From an uncultured delta proteobacterium (GTDB taxonomy: Bacteria > Desulfobacterota > Binatia > Binatales > Binataceae): a DNA stretch of 64,000 bases. Each line of letters begins with the position of its first letter. Positions within the stretch are counted from its first letter, which is position 1. The stretch covers positions 198,039 to 262,038 of the forward strand of contig CAWCMA010000011.1 in the NCBI GenBank assembly GCA_963796565.1. The letters run 5' to 3'. This document shows positions 51,025 to 59,314 of this stretch, one piece after another. Both the position numbers and the translations under genes were made by a program. Below the pieces are notes generated by a model that searched no databases, was not told the origin of the DNA, and saw only the letters and a program-made list of their open reading frames with translations.

Positions 51025-52425
51025 ATGTATTACTCGTACTTCGGTCTGAATGCCGCGCCATTTCAGCTCACCCCTACCCAGGGTATGCCATTTCTCGGGC
51101 GTACGCATCGCGAGGCCCTGGCCGCGCTCGAATGGGGAATGACTGATCCGAACGGGTTTGCGCTTCTGATCGGCGAGCCCGGGACTGGCAAAACCTCGCT
51201 CATCCTGACTCTGACGGAGGCGGATCACGCGGGCATCCGCGTGATTCATATCAATCGGCCGATAGCATTCAAGGAAATCGTACACTTGATCGCAAGCGAG
51301 GCTGGCATCGCGGAATGCGACGAGCCCTCGATGGAATTCATGCAGTCGTTCCGCGAACGTATGGCTTTCCAGAAGCTCCGGCCTGTAATCATCATCGACG
51401 AAGCGCAAGGCCTGGCGGACGAGACCCTCGAAAGCCTGCGGCTGTTAGCCAATGATGCCGCGGACGGACGGTTTGCCTTGCAGATGATTTTGGTCGGTCA
51501 GCCCGATCTGCTGAATCGGCTCAAACGCTCACCACTGCGAGCGTTGGACCAGCGTATCAGCACGCGCGCCGTGCTGAAGCGTCTCGAGCGTAGCGAGGTC
51601 CACGATTATATCGATCATAGACTGCAGATTTGTGGCTCCAGCGCGGCGCAACTTTTCAGCGCCGCCGCGATGCGCGCTCTGACACGGCGCGGGTCACGCA
51701 TTCCACGCGAAATCAATTTGCTCTGTCATAATTCGCTCATTCTTGCGTACGCCGCCGGGCGGGACCGTGTGGACGCATCCATGGTGCGAGCGGCGGCCGC
51801 GGAATACGAGACCCAGGCCCGGTCGATAGGCCGCTCCGGCTTGGGCGGCTTCTTCGACCGTCTGCGCAATTTTCAGAATTTGTCCCGCGGCGGTTTGGTA
51901 ATAGCTACATTGCTGGGCGGAGCGGCATTAGGCTGGCCGCTGGCCGCGCATACGCGGGCGGCGATGCGTCCACGTTTCTCGAAACCGAGCGTGGCCGCCG
52001 AGGTTACTCTCGAAACGCCGGCGAACGACAGTGCGCGCGGTGAGGTTGCGCGGGTCGATCAGAGCGACGGAGATCGGGCTGCCCAGGCCGTTACTCCCAC
52101 AGATCGACCCGCTCAGTCCGTAGTCGCCCCTGATCAGTCCGCGCAGCCCGTTGCTGCTTTGGGTCAGCCTGCCCAGCCCGTTACGCCCACAGCGCTGGAA
52201 CGGCCGGCACAGCCTCAATCCCCGAATTCGACTTCATCGAACACCAGTCCGCTCAGGGCGGTCGTGATCGAAGCCGGCGACAACCTCAGCAGCATTGCAG
52301 AGCAATACCTCGGTTCGAAGGAACCAGCCGCAATTCAGCGGCTGGTCGCGGCGAATCCGCAGATATCGGATATGAACCTGATTCATCCTGGCGAAATTGT
52401 TCATTTGCCTTCCGGGGACAAGTAG
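51025..52425 (+). CDS. ExeA/GspA-family AAA+ ATPase with a TM segment, repeat linker and C-terminal LysM domain
   Basis: MYYSYFGLNAAPF, Walker A GEPGTGKT, Walker B IIIDEAQ, ILVGQPDL, G.PREIN.LC; LysM VIEAGDNLSSIA...NP.I.D.NLIHPGEIVHLP. Confidence 0.88.
   Translation: MYYSYFGLNAAPFQLTPTQGMPFLGRTHREALAALEWGMTDPNGFALLIGEPGTGKTSLILTLTEADHAGIRVIHINRPIAFKEIVHLIASEAGIAECDEPSMEFMQSFRERMAFQKLRPVIIIDEAQGLADETLESLRLLANDAADGRFALQMILVGQPDLLNRLKRSPLRALDQRISTRAVLKRLERSEVHDYIDHRLQICGSSAAQLFSAAAMRALTRRGSRIPREINLLCHNSLILAYAAGRDRVDASMVRAAAAEYETQARSIGRSGLGGFFDRLRNFQNLSRGGLVIATLLGGAALGWPLAAHTRAAMRPRFSKPSVAAEVTLETPANDSARGEVARVDQSDGDRAAQAVTPTDRPAQSVVAPDQSAQPVAALGQPAQPVTPTALERPAQPQSPNSTSSNTSPLRAVVIEAGDNLSSIAEQYLGSKEPAAIQRLVAANPQISDMNLIHPGEIVHLPSGDK
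52081..52218 (+). repeat. Degenerate 30-nt (10-aa) tandem repeat in the ATPase linker
   Basis: AQAVTPTDRP / AQSVVAPDQS / AQPVAALGQP / AQPVTPTALERP / AQPQ. Confidence 0.8.
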
Positions 52426-52445
52426 CCGGATGGAGGCCCAACGTC

Positions 52446-53237
52446 GTGTCTAAATTCTTCGAAGCGCTGAATCGTACTTTCACCGAACACGAGACTCCTG
52501 AGCCCTTGGTGTCGGCACGCGCGGCCGCGAAGCCGTCGACCGTGCGTGTCTTGAGTCCGGCATTTCAGCCCGGCACGCCTGCGACGGTTCGCGATGAGGC
52601 TGCGGTAGTCTCCGCGCTTTCGCGCATGGAATCGATTCGGCGGGTGACGGAAACGCTGGCGCCGGCCGCGAGATACAGCGGCGATTTACGCGTAGTGGTC
52701 GCGGGCTGCGGCTCCGGCGATGGCGCCTCCAGCGTGGCCGGCGCAATCGCGGTCGACCTGAGTCAGCGGCTGGGAGTGCGCACACTGCTGGTCGACGGCA
52801 ATCTGCGGCGTTCCCGCATCGTCAAAATATTCGGCCAGCAGGAACGTGCGCTGCCCGAAGCAACGACTGCGGGCAAGGTACTGATGCGCGAGACCAAATG
52901 GCTGCAGCTCGACGTCGCGAGTTTCAGCTTTCCCTCCGACAAAATCGAGCAGACGAGACTGTTCGAAGAATTGTCGCAGTGCATGGTCAAATTTCCGGTT
53001 TCCGTAGTCGATATGGGCGCCGTCAGGCTCGATGGCAGCCTGCTACCTCTGGTCAGGTCGGACGATCCTGTGCTGGTGGTGGTGCGCGCGGGTCATACCG
53101 AGCGCAAGGACCTGAGCACGACCGCCAACGTATTCGCGACTTTGAGCAACTCGATTAGGGGCATCATCTTGAACGCCGCGGTGCCAGCGACGCCGAGCTG
53201 GATTCGGCGCCTGCTTGCACATGGGAGAACCGCATGA
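52446..53237 (+). CDS. CpsD/CapB-family BY-kinase homolog, degenerate (probable pseudokinase)
   Basis: MSKFFEAL start; P-loop GCGSGDGASS; LLVDGNLRR; VVDMGA; LVVVRAGHT; GIILN; no C-terminal Tyr cluster. Confidence 0.8.
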   Translation: MSKFFEALNRTFTEHETPEPLVSARAAAKPSTVRVLSPAFQPGTPATVRDEAAVVSALSRMESIRRVTETLAPAARYSGDLRVVVAGCGSGDGASSVAGAIAVDLSQRLGVRTLLVDGNLRRSRIVKIFGQQERALPEATTAGKVLMRETKWLQLDVASFSFPSDKIEQTRLFEELSQCMVKFPVSVVDMGAVRLDGSLLPLVRSDDPVLVVVRAGHTERKDLSTTANVFATLSNSIRGIILNAAVPATPSWIRRLLAHGRTA

Positions 53238-54334
53238 GAACAGCGTCACAAAGTCTTATTGTAAGTAATCGCTTCGAACAGCCGGACAGCCAGCCCGATC
53301 AATTGCGCGGCATGGCGGTGGTGGGACTCGGCTACTGGGGTCCGAACTGGGTGCGCAATTTGACCCAGGTGCGCGCTGCGAAACGGCTCGTCTGCTGCGA
53401 TCTATCGCCCGAGCGCCGTGACCGGATTGGCCAGCTCTATCCGAATGTCGAGCTCAGTTCGCAATTCGACGAAATCCTGGCTGATCCTGATATCGAAGGG
53501 GTCATCGTCGCCACCCCGGTCAATACGCACTACGAAATCGCCCGGCGCTGCCTGGACCGCGGCAAGTCAGTGCTGGTCGAAAAGCCTCTGGCTACTTCGC
53601 AGCTGCACGCGTCCGACCTGGTACAGCGCGCACGCGACAACGGCCAAGTACTGATGGTCGGACATACCTTTGAATACAGCGCTCCGGTACTGAAGATCCG
53701 CAAGATTCTCGAGTCCGGCGAGCTCGGTCAGGTCCTGTACGTGAGCTCGACTCGCGCCAATCTCGGTCTCTTCCAGCATCATGTCAATGTGGTATGGGAC
53801 CTCGCCACTCATGACATATCGATTATTCTGATGCTGCTCGGCCTGATGCCGCAGCAGGTGAGTTGCCAGGGACAGAGCCACTACAAGACGGGCGAGGAGG
53901 ATGTCGCTTTGCTCACTCTTCGCTTCACCAACGACATAATGGCGTTCGTGCACGTGAGCTGGCTCGATCCGAACAAGATTAGGCAAATGACCATTGTCGG
54001 CTCGCGCAAGATGCTCGTTTACGATGACACCGCGGTCCAGGAAAAAATACGCATCTACGACAAGGGAGTGAATGTCAGCCGGTACTATGATACCTACGGC
54101 GACTTTCAGTTCTCCTACCGCTACGGCGACATTACCATACCGCGAATCGAAGAGAGCGAGCCGCTCAAATCCGAGTGCGAACACTTCGTCGAATGCATAC
54201 GCAACAGCAGCGTTCCGGCTACCGACGGAATAAATGGACTGCGCGTGGTCAGCGTGCTCGAAGCCGCGAACAAATCAATGCGCCGCGGCGGCCAGCCGAC
54301 GCCGATCGAAATCCCGATGGGTTGGCAGAAATGA
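53234..54334 (+). CDS. Gfo/Idh/MocA NAD-dependent sugar-nucleotide oxidoreductase (WbpB/WlbA-like role)
   Basis: GLGYWG, VEKPL, VGHTFEY, DLATHD. Confidence 0.88.
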   Translation: MRTASQSLIVSNRFEQPDSQPDQLRGMAVVGLGYWGPNWVRNLTQVRAAKRLVCCDLSPERRDRIGQLYPNVELSSQFDEILADPDIEGVIVATPVNTHYEIARRCLDRGKSVLVEKPLATSQLHASDLVQRARDNGQVLMVGHTFEYSAPVLKIRKILESGELGQVLYVSSTRANLGLFQHHVNVVWDLATHDISIILMLLGLMPQQVSCQGQSHYKTGEEDVALLTLRFTNDIMAFVHVSWLDPNKIRQMTIVGSRKMLVYDDTAVQEKIRIYDKGVNVSRYYDTYGDFQFSYRYGDITIPRIEESEPLKSECEHFVECIRNSSVPATDGINGLRVVSVLEAANKSMRRGGQPTPIEIPMGWQK

Positions 54335-54858
54335 AGACACGCAACTTTGGTCCGTACAGCAGCGTGGCCGAAGACGTCCGCCTGGGAGAGCGCGTGCGCC
54401 TGAGCGCATTCGTGAATCTCTATGGATGCGAGGTCGGCGACGACTCACGGTTGGGGGCGTTCGTCGAGGTTCAGCGCGACGCGACAATCGGCCGGCGCTG
54501 CAAAATTTCAAGCCACTCGTTCATATGCAGCGGCGTGAAGATCGAGGATGAAGTCTTCATCGGTCACGGTGTCATCTTCATCAACGACCGGCGTCCGCGC
54601 GCCACAAAGGAAAACGGAGCGCTCCAGACCGAGGATGACTGGGAGTTGGAGCACACACTGGTGCGGCGCGGCGCTTCGATCGGTAGTGGCGCGATCGTCA
54701 TGTGTGGAGTGGAGATCGGCGAGGGTGCACTGGTCGGCGCCGGAGCGCTGGTCACGCATGACGTGGCCCCCGGCGCGACAGTAATCGGCAGCCCGGCGCG
54801 TGTTCGAATGATCGCCAGAGCAGAAGGGGGGGTGTCAGGTGAGAATCAAATTCGTTGA
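54331..54858 (+). CDS. Hexapeptide-repeat N-acetyltransferase (WbpD/WxcM-like)
   Basis: IGRRCKISSHSFIC.GV.IEDEVFIGHGVIFIND..PRA; GASIGSGA; GSPAR; ATGA overlap. Confidence 0.88.
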   Translation: MKTRNFGPYSSVAEDVRLGERVRLSAFVNLYGCEVGDDSRLGAFVEVQRDATIGRRCKISSHSFICSGVKIEDEVFIGHGVIFINDRRPRATKENGALQTEDDWELEHTLVRRGASIGSGAIVMCGVEIGEGALVGAGALVTHDVAPGATVIGSPARVRMIARAEGGVSGENQIR

Positions 54859-55975
54859 TCTTGCGGCGCAGGACGCCGAAATATCCGATGACGTTGAGCG
54901 GCGCTTTAGCGAAGTCAAGGACGCGACGGCGTACGTTGGCGGTCCCACGGTGGCGGCCTTCGAGCGCGAATTTGCGGAGTTTCTGGGCGTCCGCAACGTT
55001 GTGGGAGTCGCCAGCGGCACCGACGCTCTGCGCCTGGCTCTGGCCGCAATGGGTATCGGCGCCGGTGACGGAGTAATCACGTCACCGATGACCTTCATTG
55101 CGACGGTCGCGGCAATAGTGCAGAGCGGAGCGCACCCGGTCTTCGTCGATATTGACTATGAAACCGGAAATCTCAGCGTCCCGGCCCTGCTCCAGCATCT
55201 CGATACCCATCGGTCCGAGTCTTCGAAGGGCGTTCGAGCGATTCTGCCGGTCGACCTCTATGGTCTGCCGGCGCCGATGCCAGAATTGCGGGAGATAGCA
55301 AATCGCCATCATCTTGGACTGCTGGAGGATTCCTGCCAGGCGCACGGCGCGAGAATCAGGATGGGCGACCAATGGATGATGTCGGGCGACGGGGTCGCGG
55401 ATGCGAGTTGTTTCAGCTTTTATCCGGGCAAAAATCTGGGTGCGTGGGGCGACGGCGGGGCGGTAACGAGCAACGACGACGCGCTCGCCGGCAAGGTGCG
55501 CAAGCTGCGCGATCACGGTCGGGTGTCCCATTACGAACATAGCGAGATCGGCTGCAACTCCAGGCTCGATTCACTTCAGGCGGCGGTGCTTTCGTCCAAG
55601 CTTTCGCGGCTGGCTGATTGGAACCGTCGCCGCCGCACAATCGCCGCCTTGTATGGTGAGCTGTTGGCAGGCACCGATCTCGAGCTGCCGCGCGAGGCCG
55701 AGGGCTTCGAGTCCTGTTATCATCTTTACGTGGTGCGCACCGCGCATCGAGATCGGATTGGACAGGCGCTGACGGAGGCGGATATCGCCTGGGGCATTCA
55801 CTATCCGATCCCGCTTCATTTGCAGCCGGCTTGCCGGTTTCTCGGCTACCAGCCCGGAGATCTGCCCGCGGCGGAAAAATTTGCCGCCCGCGTAATCTCG
55901 TTGCCGATGCATCCACATCTTCGCGATGAAGAAGTCGAGGAGATTGCGCAGGTCGTTCGCAGCGCGATCGCATAA
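54839..55975 (+). CDS. DegT/DnrJ/EryC1/StrS sugar aminotransferase (WbpE/WlbC-like role)
   Basis: SGTDAL, EDSCQAHGA, SFYPGKNLGAWGDGG (PLP Lys), NSRLD, HYP.PLHLQ. Confidence 0.92.
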   Translation: MRIKFVDLAAQDAEISDDVERRFSEVKDATAYVGGPTVAAFEREFAEFLGVRNVVGVASGTDALRLALAAMGIGAGDGVITSPMTFIATVAAIVQSGAHPVFVDIDYETGNLSVPALLQHLDTHRSESSKGVRAILPVDLYGLPAPMPELREIANRHHLGLLEDSCQAHGARIRMGDQWMMSGDGVADASCFSFYPGKNLGAWGDGGAVTSNDDALAGKVRKLRDHGRVSHYEHSEIGCNSRLDSLQAAVLSSKLSRLADWNRRRRTIAALYGELLAGTDLELPREAEGFESCYHLYVVRTAHRDRIGQALTEADIAWGIHYPIPLHLQPACRFLGYQPGDLPAAEKFAARVISLPMHPHLRDEEVEEIAQVVRSAIA

Positions 55976-55984
55976 TAGGCAGTC

Positions 55985-57424
55985 ATGTTCGCAGGCGAAC
56001 AGCGCAGGCAGAAAGCCATTTTTGCGATTGTAGACGCGATCGCGATACTGATCGCGTTTCGTGGCGCGCTCGCGCTGCATGATCCATATCACCTTATGAC
56101 GGCGCGGCTCCATCAAGCCAACCCGTCGCTAGTCTACGGCGCCATCATCGTGCTCGTTGGCATGTGGCTGATGGTATTTCACGCCTGCGATCTATACCGC
56201 TTTAGAAGCGGCGGCGTGCGTGAACTGGCGCACATCGTTAAGGCTTGCATGATCGCAACCGCGCTAAGCCTGTTGCTTGGGTACTTCGCACATCTGACTG
56301 ACGTTCCGCGATTGCTCATTGGGACCGGATTTCTGCTCAGTATCGGCCTGGTGGTGCTCGGCCGCACGGTTACGCGCGATCTGATCCGATCGCTGTATGC
56401 CGATCCCAAGATTACCATCCCGCTCGCGATCGTCGGTTTCACGCCGCTGGCTCACTTCCTGTGTGATCAGATTGTTGAGGATCTGAGTCAATACGAATTT
56501 CTCGGGTTTTTCGATGATCATGCGCTCGCGAATGCGGCCCATCGAGGTTTCCCGGTGCTTGGGGCGACGACGAGGATCGGAACGCTCAGGGCGGCGCATC
56601 CGAATCTCGAAGTCATTATCGTGTGCGCCGATGAAGCGGACGAGGACTGCCGCAACGTAATCCGGACGTGCGAGGCAAGCCGCGTTCGATGGCGAATGGT
56701 GCCGCCCCTTTGGCGCTCGATACCTGGGGCTCTGCGCTTCGATCTAATTGGCGGCGTCCCGCTGCTCGGTCCCAGTTCATCGAACATCGAAGGGCTCAAC
56801 TTTATTCTCAAGCGGGTCTTCGATGTTGTGGTCGCGGGCGCCGCGCTGGCCGTCGCGCTACCCGTGATGCTGCTGGTGAGCGTTGCAATCTGGATGTTTG
56901 ACGGACGGCCGATTCTGTTTCGCCAGAGGCGCGTCGGAATCCGCGGCGAAACCTTCGAATTGTTGAAGTTTCGAACCATGCGTCCGGGCAGCGACAGCAT
57001 CCACCGCGAATACGTGCGTAACTGGATAACTGTAAATGGCGATGCCAAACTCAGTGACTCCGATGGCACAAAAGTCTTCAAACTGGTGAACGACCCGCGC
57101 GTGACCGGGATTGGACGGATACTGCGCCAGTTTTGTCTCGACGAAATGCCACAGTTGATAAACGTGCTGCGCGGCGAGATGAGCCTGGTGGGGCCGCGAC
57201 CTGCACTGCCCTACGAGATCGAGTTATATCAGGATTGGCACAAGCGCAGACTCGAAGGTTTGCCGGGAATCACCGGGCTTTGGCAAGTGGGAGGGCGTAA
57301 CCAGCTCGGCTTCGACGAGATGGTACGACTGGACATCGAATACCTTGATGGCTGGAGCTTAAGCGAAGATCTTAGAATTCTGCTCCGAACAATTCCCGCG
57401 GTATTGTACGGGTCCGGTTATTGA
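55985..57424 (+). CDS. Priming polyprenyl glycosylphosphotransferase (WcaJ/WbaP family)
   Basis: N-terminal TMs; KRVFD, FRQRRVG, KFRTM, DPRVT, LDEMPQ, GEMSLVGPRP, PGITGLWQV. Confidence 0.93.
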   Translation: MFAGEQRRQKAIFAIVDAIAILIAFRGALALHDPYHLMTARLHQANPSLVYGAIIVLVGMWLMVFHACDLYRFRSGGVRELAHIVKACMIATALSLLLGYFAHLTDVPRLLIGTGFLLSIGLVVLGRTVTRDLIRSLYADPKITIPLAIVGFTPLAHFLCDQIVEDLSQYEFLGFFDDHALANAAHRGFPVLGATTRIGTLRAAHPNLEVIIVCADEADEDCRNVIRTCEASRVRWRMVPPLWRSIPGALRFDLIGGVPLLGPSSSNIEGLNFILKRVFDVVVAGAALAVALPVMLLVSVAIWMFDGRPILFRQRRVGIRGETFELLKFRTMRPGSDSIHREYVRNWITVNGDAKLSDSDGTKVFKLVNDPRVTGIGRILRQFCLDEMPQLINVLRGEMSLVGPRPALPYEIELYQDWHKRRLEGLPGITGLWQVGGRNQLGFDEMVRLDIEYLDGWSLSEDLRILLRTIPAVLYGSGY

Positions 57425-57563
57425 TCACTAAGGTTGTTTGGGTCGAAGGTAGAGCAGGGTCAGGTCGGAAACTGCAATTAGCTAAACGCATGCGGTATGT
57501 AACGATAGTCGCCGCTTACAAGGCGGCTGTCGACTTAGTTCTGAAGACGGAGGAATCGAGAAT

Positions 57564-58379
57564 ATGAATCGAGGCAAGCCACTAGTCGTTGGTCTTGGTG
57601 AAGTGGGCGGGGCGCTCAGGCAGGTCCTCGAGGCGAATGGTCCTGTGTGGCTCCTTGACGTCGAACCAGTTGAAATAACCGGACCGATCAGCGTGATGCA
57701 CGTATGCTTCCCGTTTCAGCAACGACGAGGCTTCGTGCCGGCGGTGGTTGAGCGGATCAAGCAGTTAGCACCGTCCCTGACCGTAATCAACAGCACCGTA
57801 TTGCCTGGCACTACTCGATCCATCGCTTCGGCCACTGGCTCTGCGGTTGCATACAGCCCAATCAGAGGCAAGCACGCAAAGATGGTCGAAGACCTGCGAC
57901 ACTATACCAAGTTCGTCGCTTCTCCCGATCCTGAGACAGCGCAGCGGGCCGAAGAGCATTTCCGTTCGCTCGGCATGAAAACCTCGATTATGGCCGAGCC
58001 CGAAACGCTGGAACTCGCTAAACTAGGCGAGACCACCTATTTTGGGATCCAAATTGCCTTCGCGCAGGAATTGAATCGCTATGCCGAGCGTGTCGGCGGA
58101 CAGTATTCGGAGGCGGTGAAGTTTTTCGAAGAAGTCGATTTCTTGCCCCGGGTAAACTATTTCCCGGGTTTCATTGGCGGACATTGTGTGATTCCGAATA
58201 TCGATTTGCTGCTGGAGATAGAAGGCTCTCCTCTGCTGGACGCTATTTTGGAATCGAATGTGCGACGCGCGGAGGAATTGAAAAAGAAGACGACCAACAA
58301 CGGAACCAATAAATCAATTCGGCGCATCGGTCTGAACGGTATTTCGGATAGACTCGCCGACCCATCCCACGAAAAGTAG
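57564..58379 (+). CDS. Short UDP-glucose/GDP-mannose dehydrogenase-like protein lacking the C-terminal domain
   Basis: GLGEVG, NSTVLPGTT, AKLGETTY, IAFAQEL, PGFIGGHC; 271 aa. Confidence 0.7.
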   Translation: MNRGKPLVVGLGEVGGALRQVLEANGPVWLLDVEPVEITGPISVMHVCFPFQQRRGFVPAVVERIKQLAPSLTVINSTVLPGTTRSIASATGSAVAYSPIRGKHAKMVEDLRHYTKFVASPDPETAQRAEEHFRSLGMKTSIMAEPETLELAKLGETTYFGIQIAFAQELNRYAERVGGQYSEAVKFFEEVDFLPRVNYFPGFIGGHCVIPNIDLLLEIEGSPLLDAILESNVRRAEELKKKTTNNGTNKSIRRIGLNGISDRLADPSHEK

Positions 58380-58426
58380 GCGGGCATTCCCGAGCAATCC
58401 AGCGATCCGAGATCTGGCGGCGGGTC

Positions 58427-58729
58427 CTAATGATGTCGCTGAGTTTCGGACGGATCGACGCGGCAACGATTGAGAAATTGCTCGACATCACTCCTGCGGA
58501 ACCGCTTGACGCGTCCGATCGAGTGATACGGCAGCTCACCTCTACGAGCCAAGCGATAAATCGTCATTTCAGTGATCTGGAGCAGACTGGCCAGCTGCTT
58601 TGCGGTCAAGAACAGTGACGTACCGAGAAAGCCATTGACATCAGAATCCACTTCGGCCGCCTTTGGGCGCTGTGAGCCACCCGAGCCCTCATTGACGCGA
58701 TCGTGATCGTCATGTGTCTTTGCCATCAT
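58427..58729 (-). CDS. Excisionase/MerR-like (HTH_17) DNA-binding protein
   Basis: LTAKQLASLLQITEMTIYRLARRGELP...IGRVKRFRRSDVEQFL; start at 58729 or 58765. Confidence 0.82.
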   Translation of the reverse strand: MMAKTHDDHDRVNEGSGGSQRPKAAEVDSDVNGFLGTSLFLTAKQLASLLQITEMTIYRLARRGELPYHSIGRVKRFRRSDVEQFLNRCRVDPSETQRHH

Positions 58730-58830
58730 TGCACCCTTCCATCCTTCCTGCGAGCCAGAATTCATTCTTCGTTCATATCGAGTGATTTGTCAACCTTCGG
58801 GATGATTTGACTGCACCGGAGGCCTGAAAG

Positions 58831-58845
58831 GCCATAGAATGCCAG
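58831..58845 (-). promoter_or_regulatory. Possible sigma54 -24/-12 element upstream of the HTH gene
   Basis: CTGGCATTCTATGGC (GG-N10-GC). Confidence 0.25.
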
Positions 58846-58930
58846 CATTGGGCTCGTTTTCACGGAGATGACATGCGTTGAAGCTCAGGATTCAGCAAAT
58901 CTAGGCAATTTTTTGCTATATTTACTTATC

Positions 58931-58959
58931 TTGACCCAATTCCGGATTTCGGTAATTAT
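58931..58959 (+). promoter_or_regulatory. Possible sigma70-type promoter for the RHH/ligase genes
   Basis: TTGACC-17 nt-AATTAT. Confidence 0.4.
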
Positions 58960-59031
58960 GAACGGTGACGGCAGGGGATCTCTCAACGGCTGATATCAAT
59001 CCTTAGCGGGCGTGGACTCTTTAAAGAAGAG

Positions 59032-59304
59032 ATGAATCAAACTCATATGGATCACTTGCAACGGGCCACAGACGCGATCAAGGTCACGGTCATCCTCTCA
59101 AACCAGCAGATTGTTTTCCTGGACAAGCTGGCGAACGAAATACGGGCCAGAAACGGCGCGATTGTGAGGCGAACAGGCGTGATTCGCGCACTGGTCGACG
59201 CTTTGGCGGAAGCTACCCTGGACGTAACCGCCGCGCGCTCGGAGCAGGATCTGCGATACCTTTTCTCGACTTTGCTTCACGAAAGTTCCGCTCGGTTGGA
59301 ATAG
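59032..59304 (+). CDS. Small protein with a ribbon-helix-helix-like pattern
   Basis: KVTVIL strand, NQQIVFLDKLANEIR helix, RRTGVIRALVDAL helix; 10 nt upstream of the ligase gene. Confidence 0.6.
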   Translation: MNQTHMDHLQRATDAIKVTVILSNQQIVFLDKLANEIRARNGAIVRRTGVIRALVDALAEATLDVTAARSEQDLRYLFSTLLHESSARLE

Positions 59305-59314
59305 CGATTCCTAA

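Noticed and set aside
57425-57563. Hairpin (GCCGC-ttacaag-GCGGC) upstream of the mini dehydrogenase as a c-di-GMP riboswitch
   Set aside because: Lacks the GAAA/GCAAA GEMM consensus; too small to call
58427-58729. Excisionase as evidence of a prophage or ICE
   Set aside because: No integrase, att repeats, tRNA or phage genes in the window
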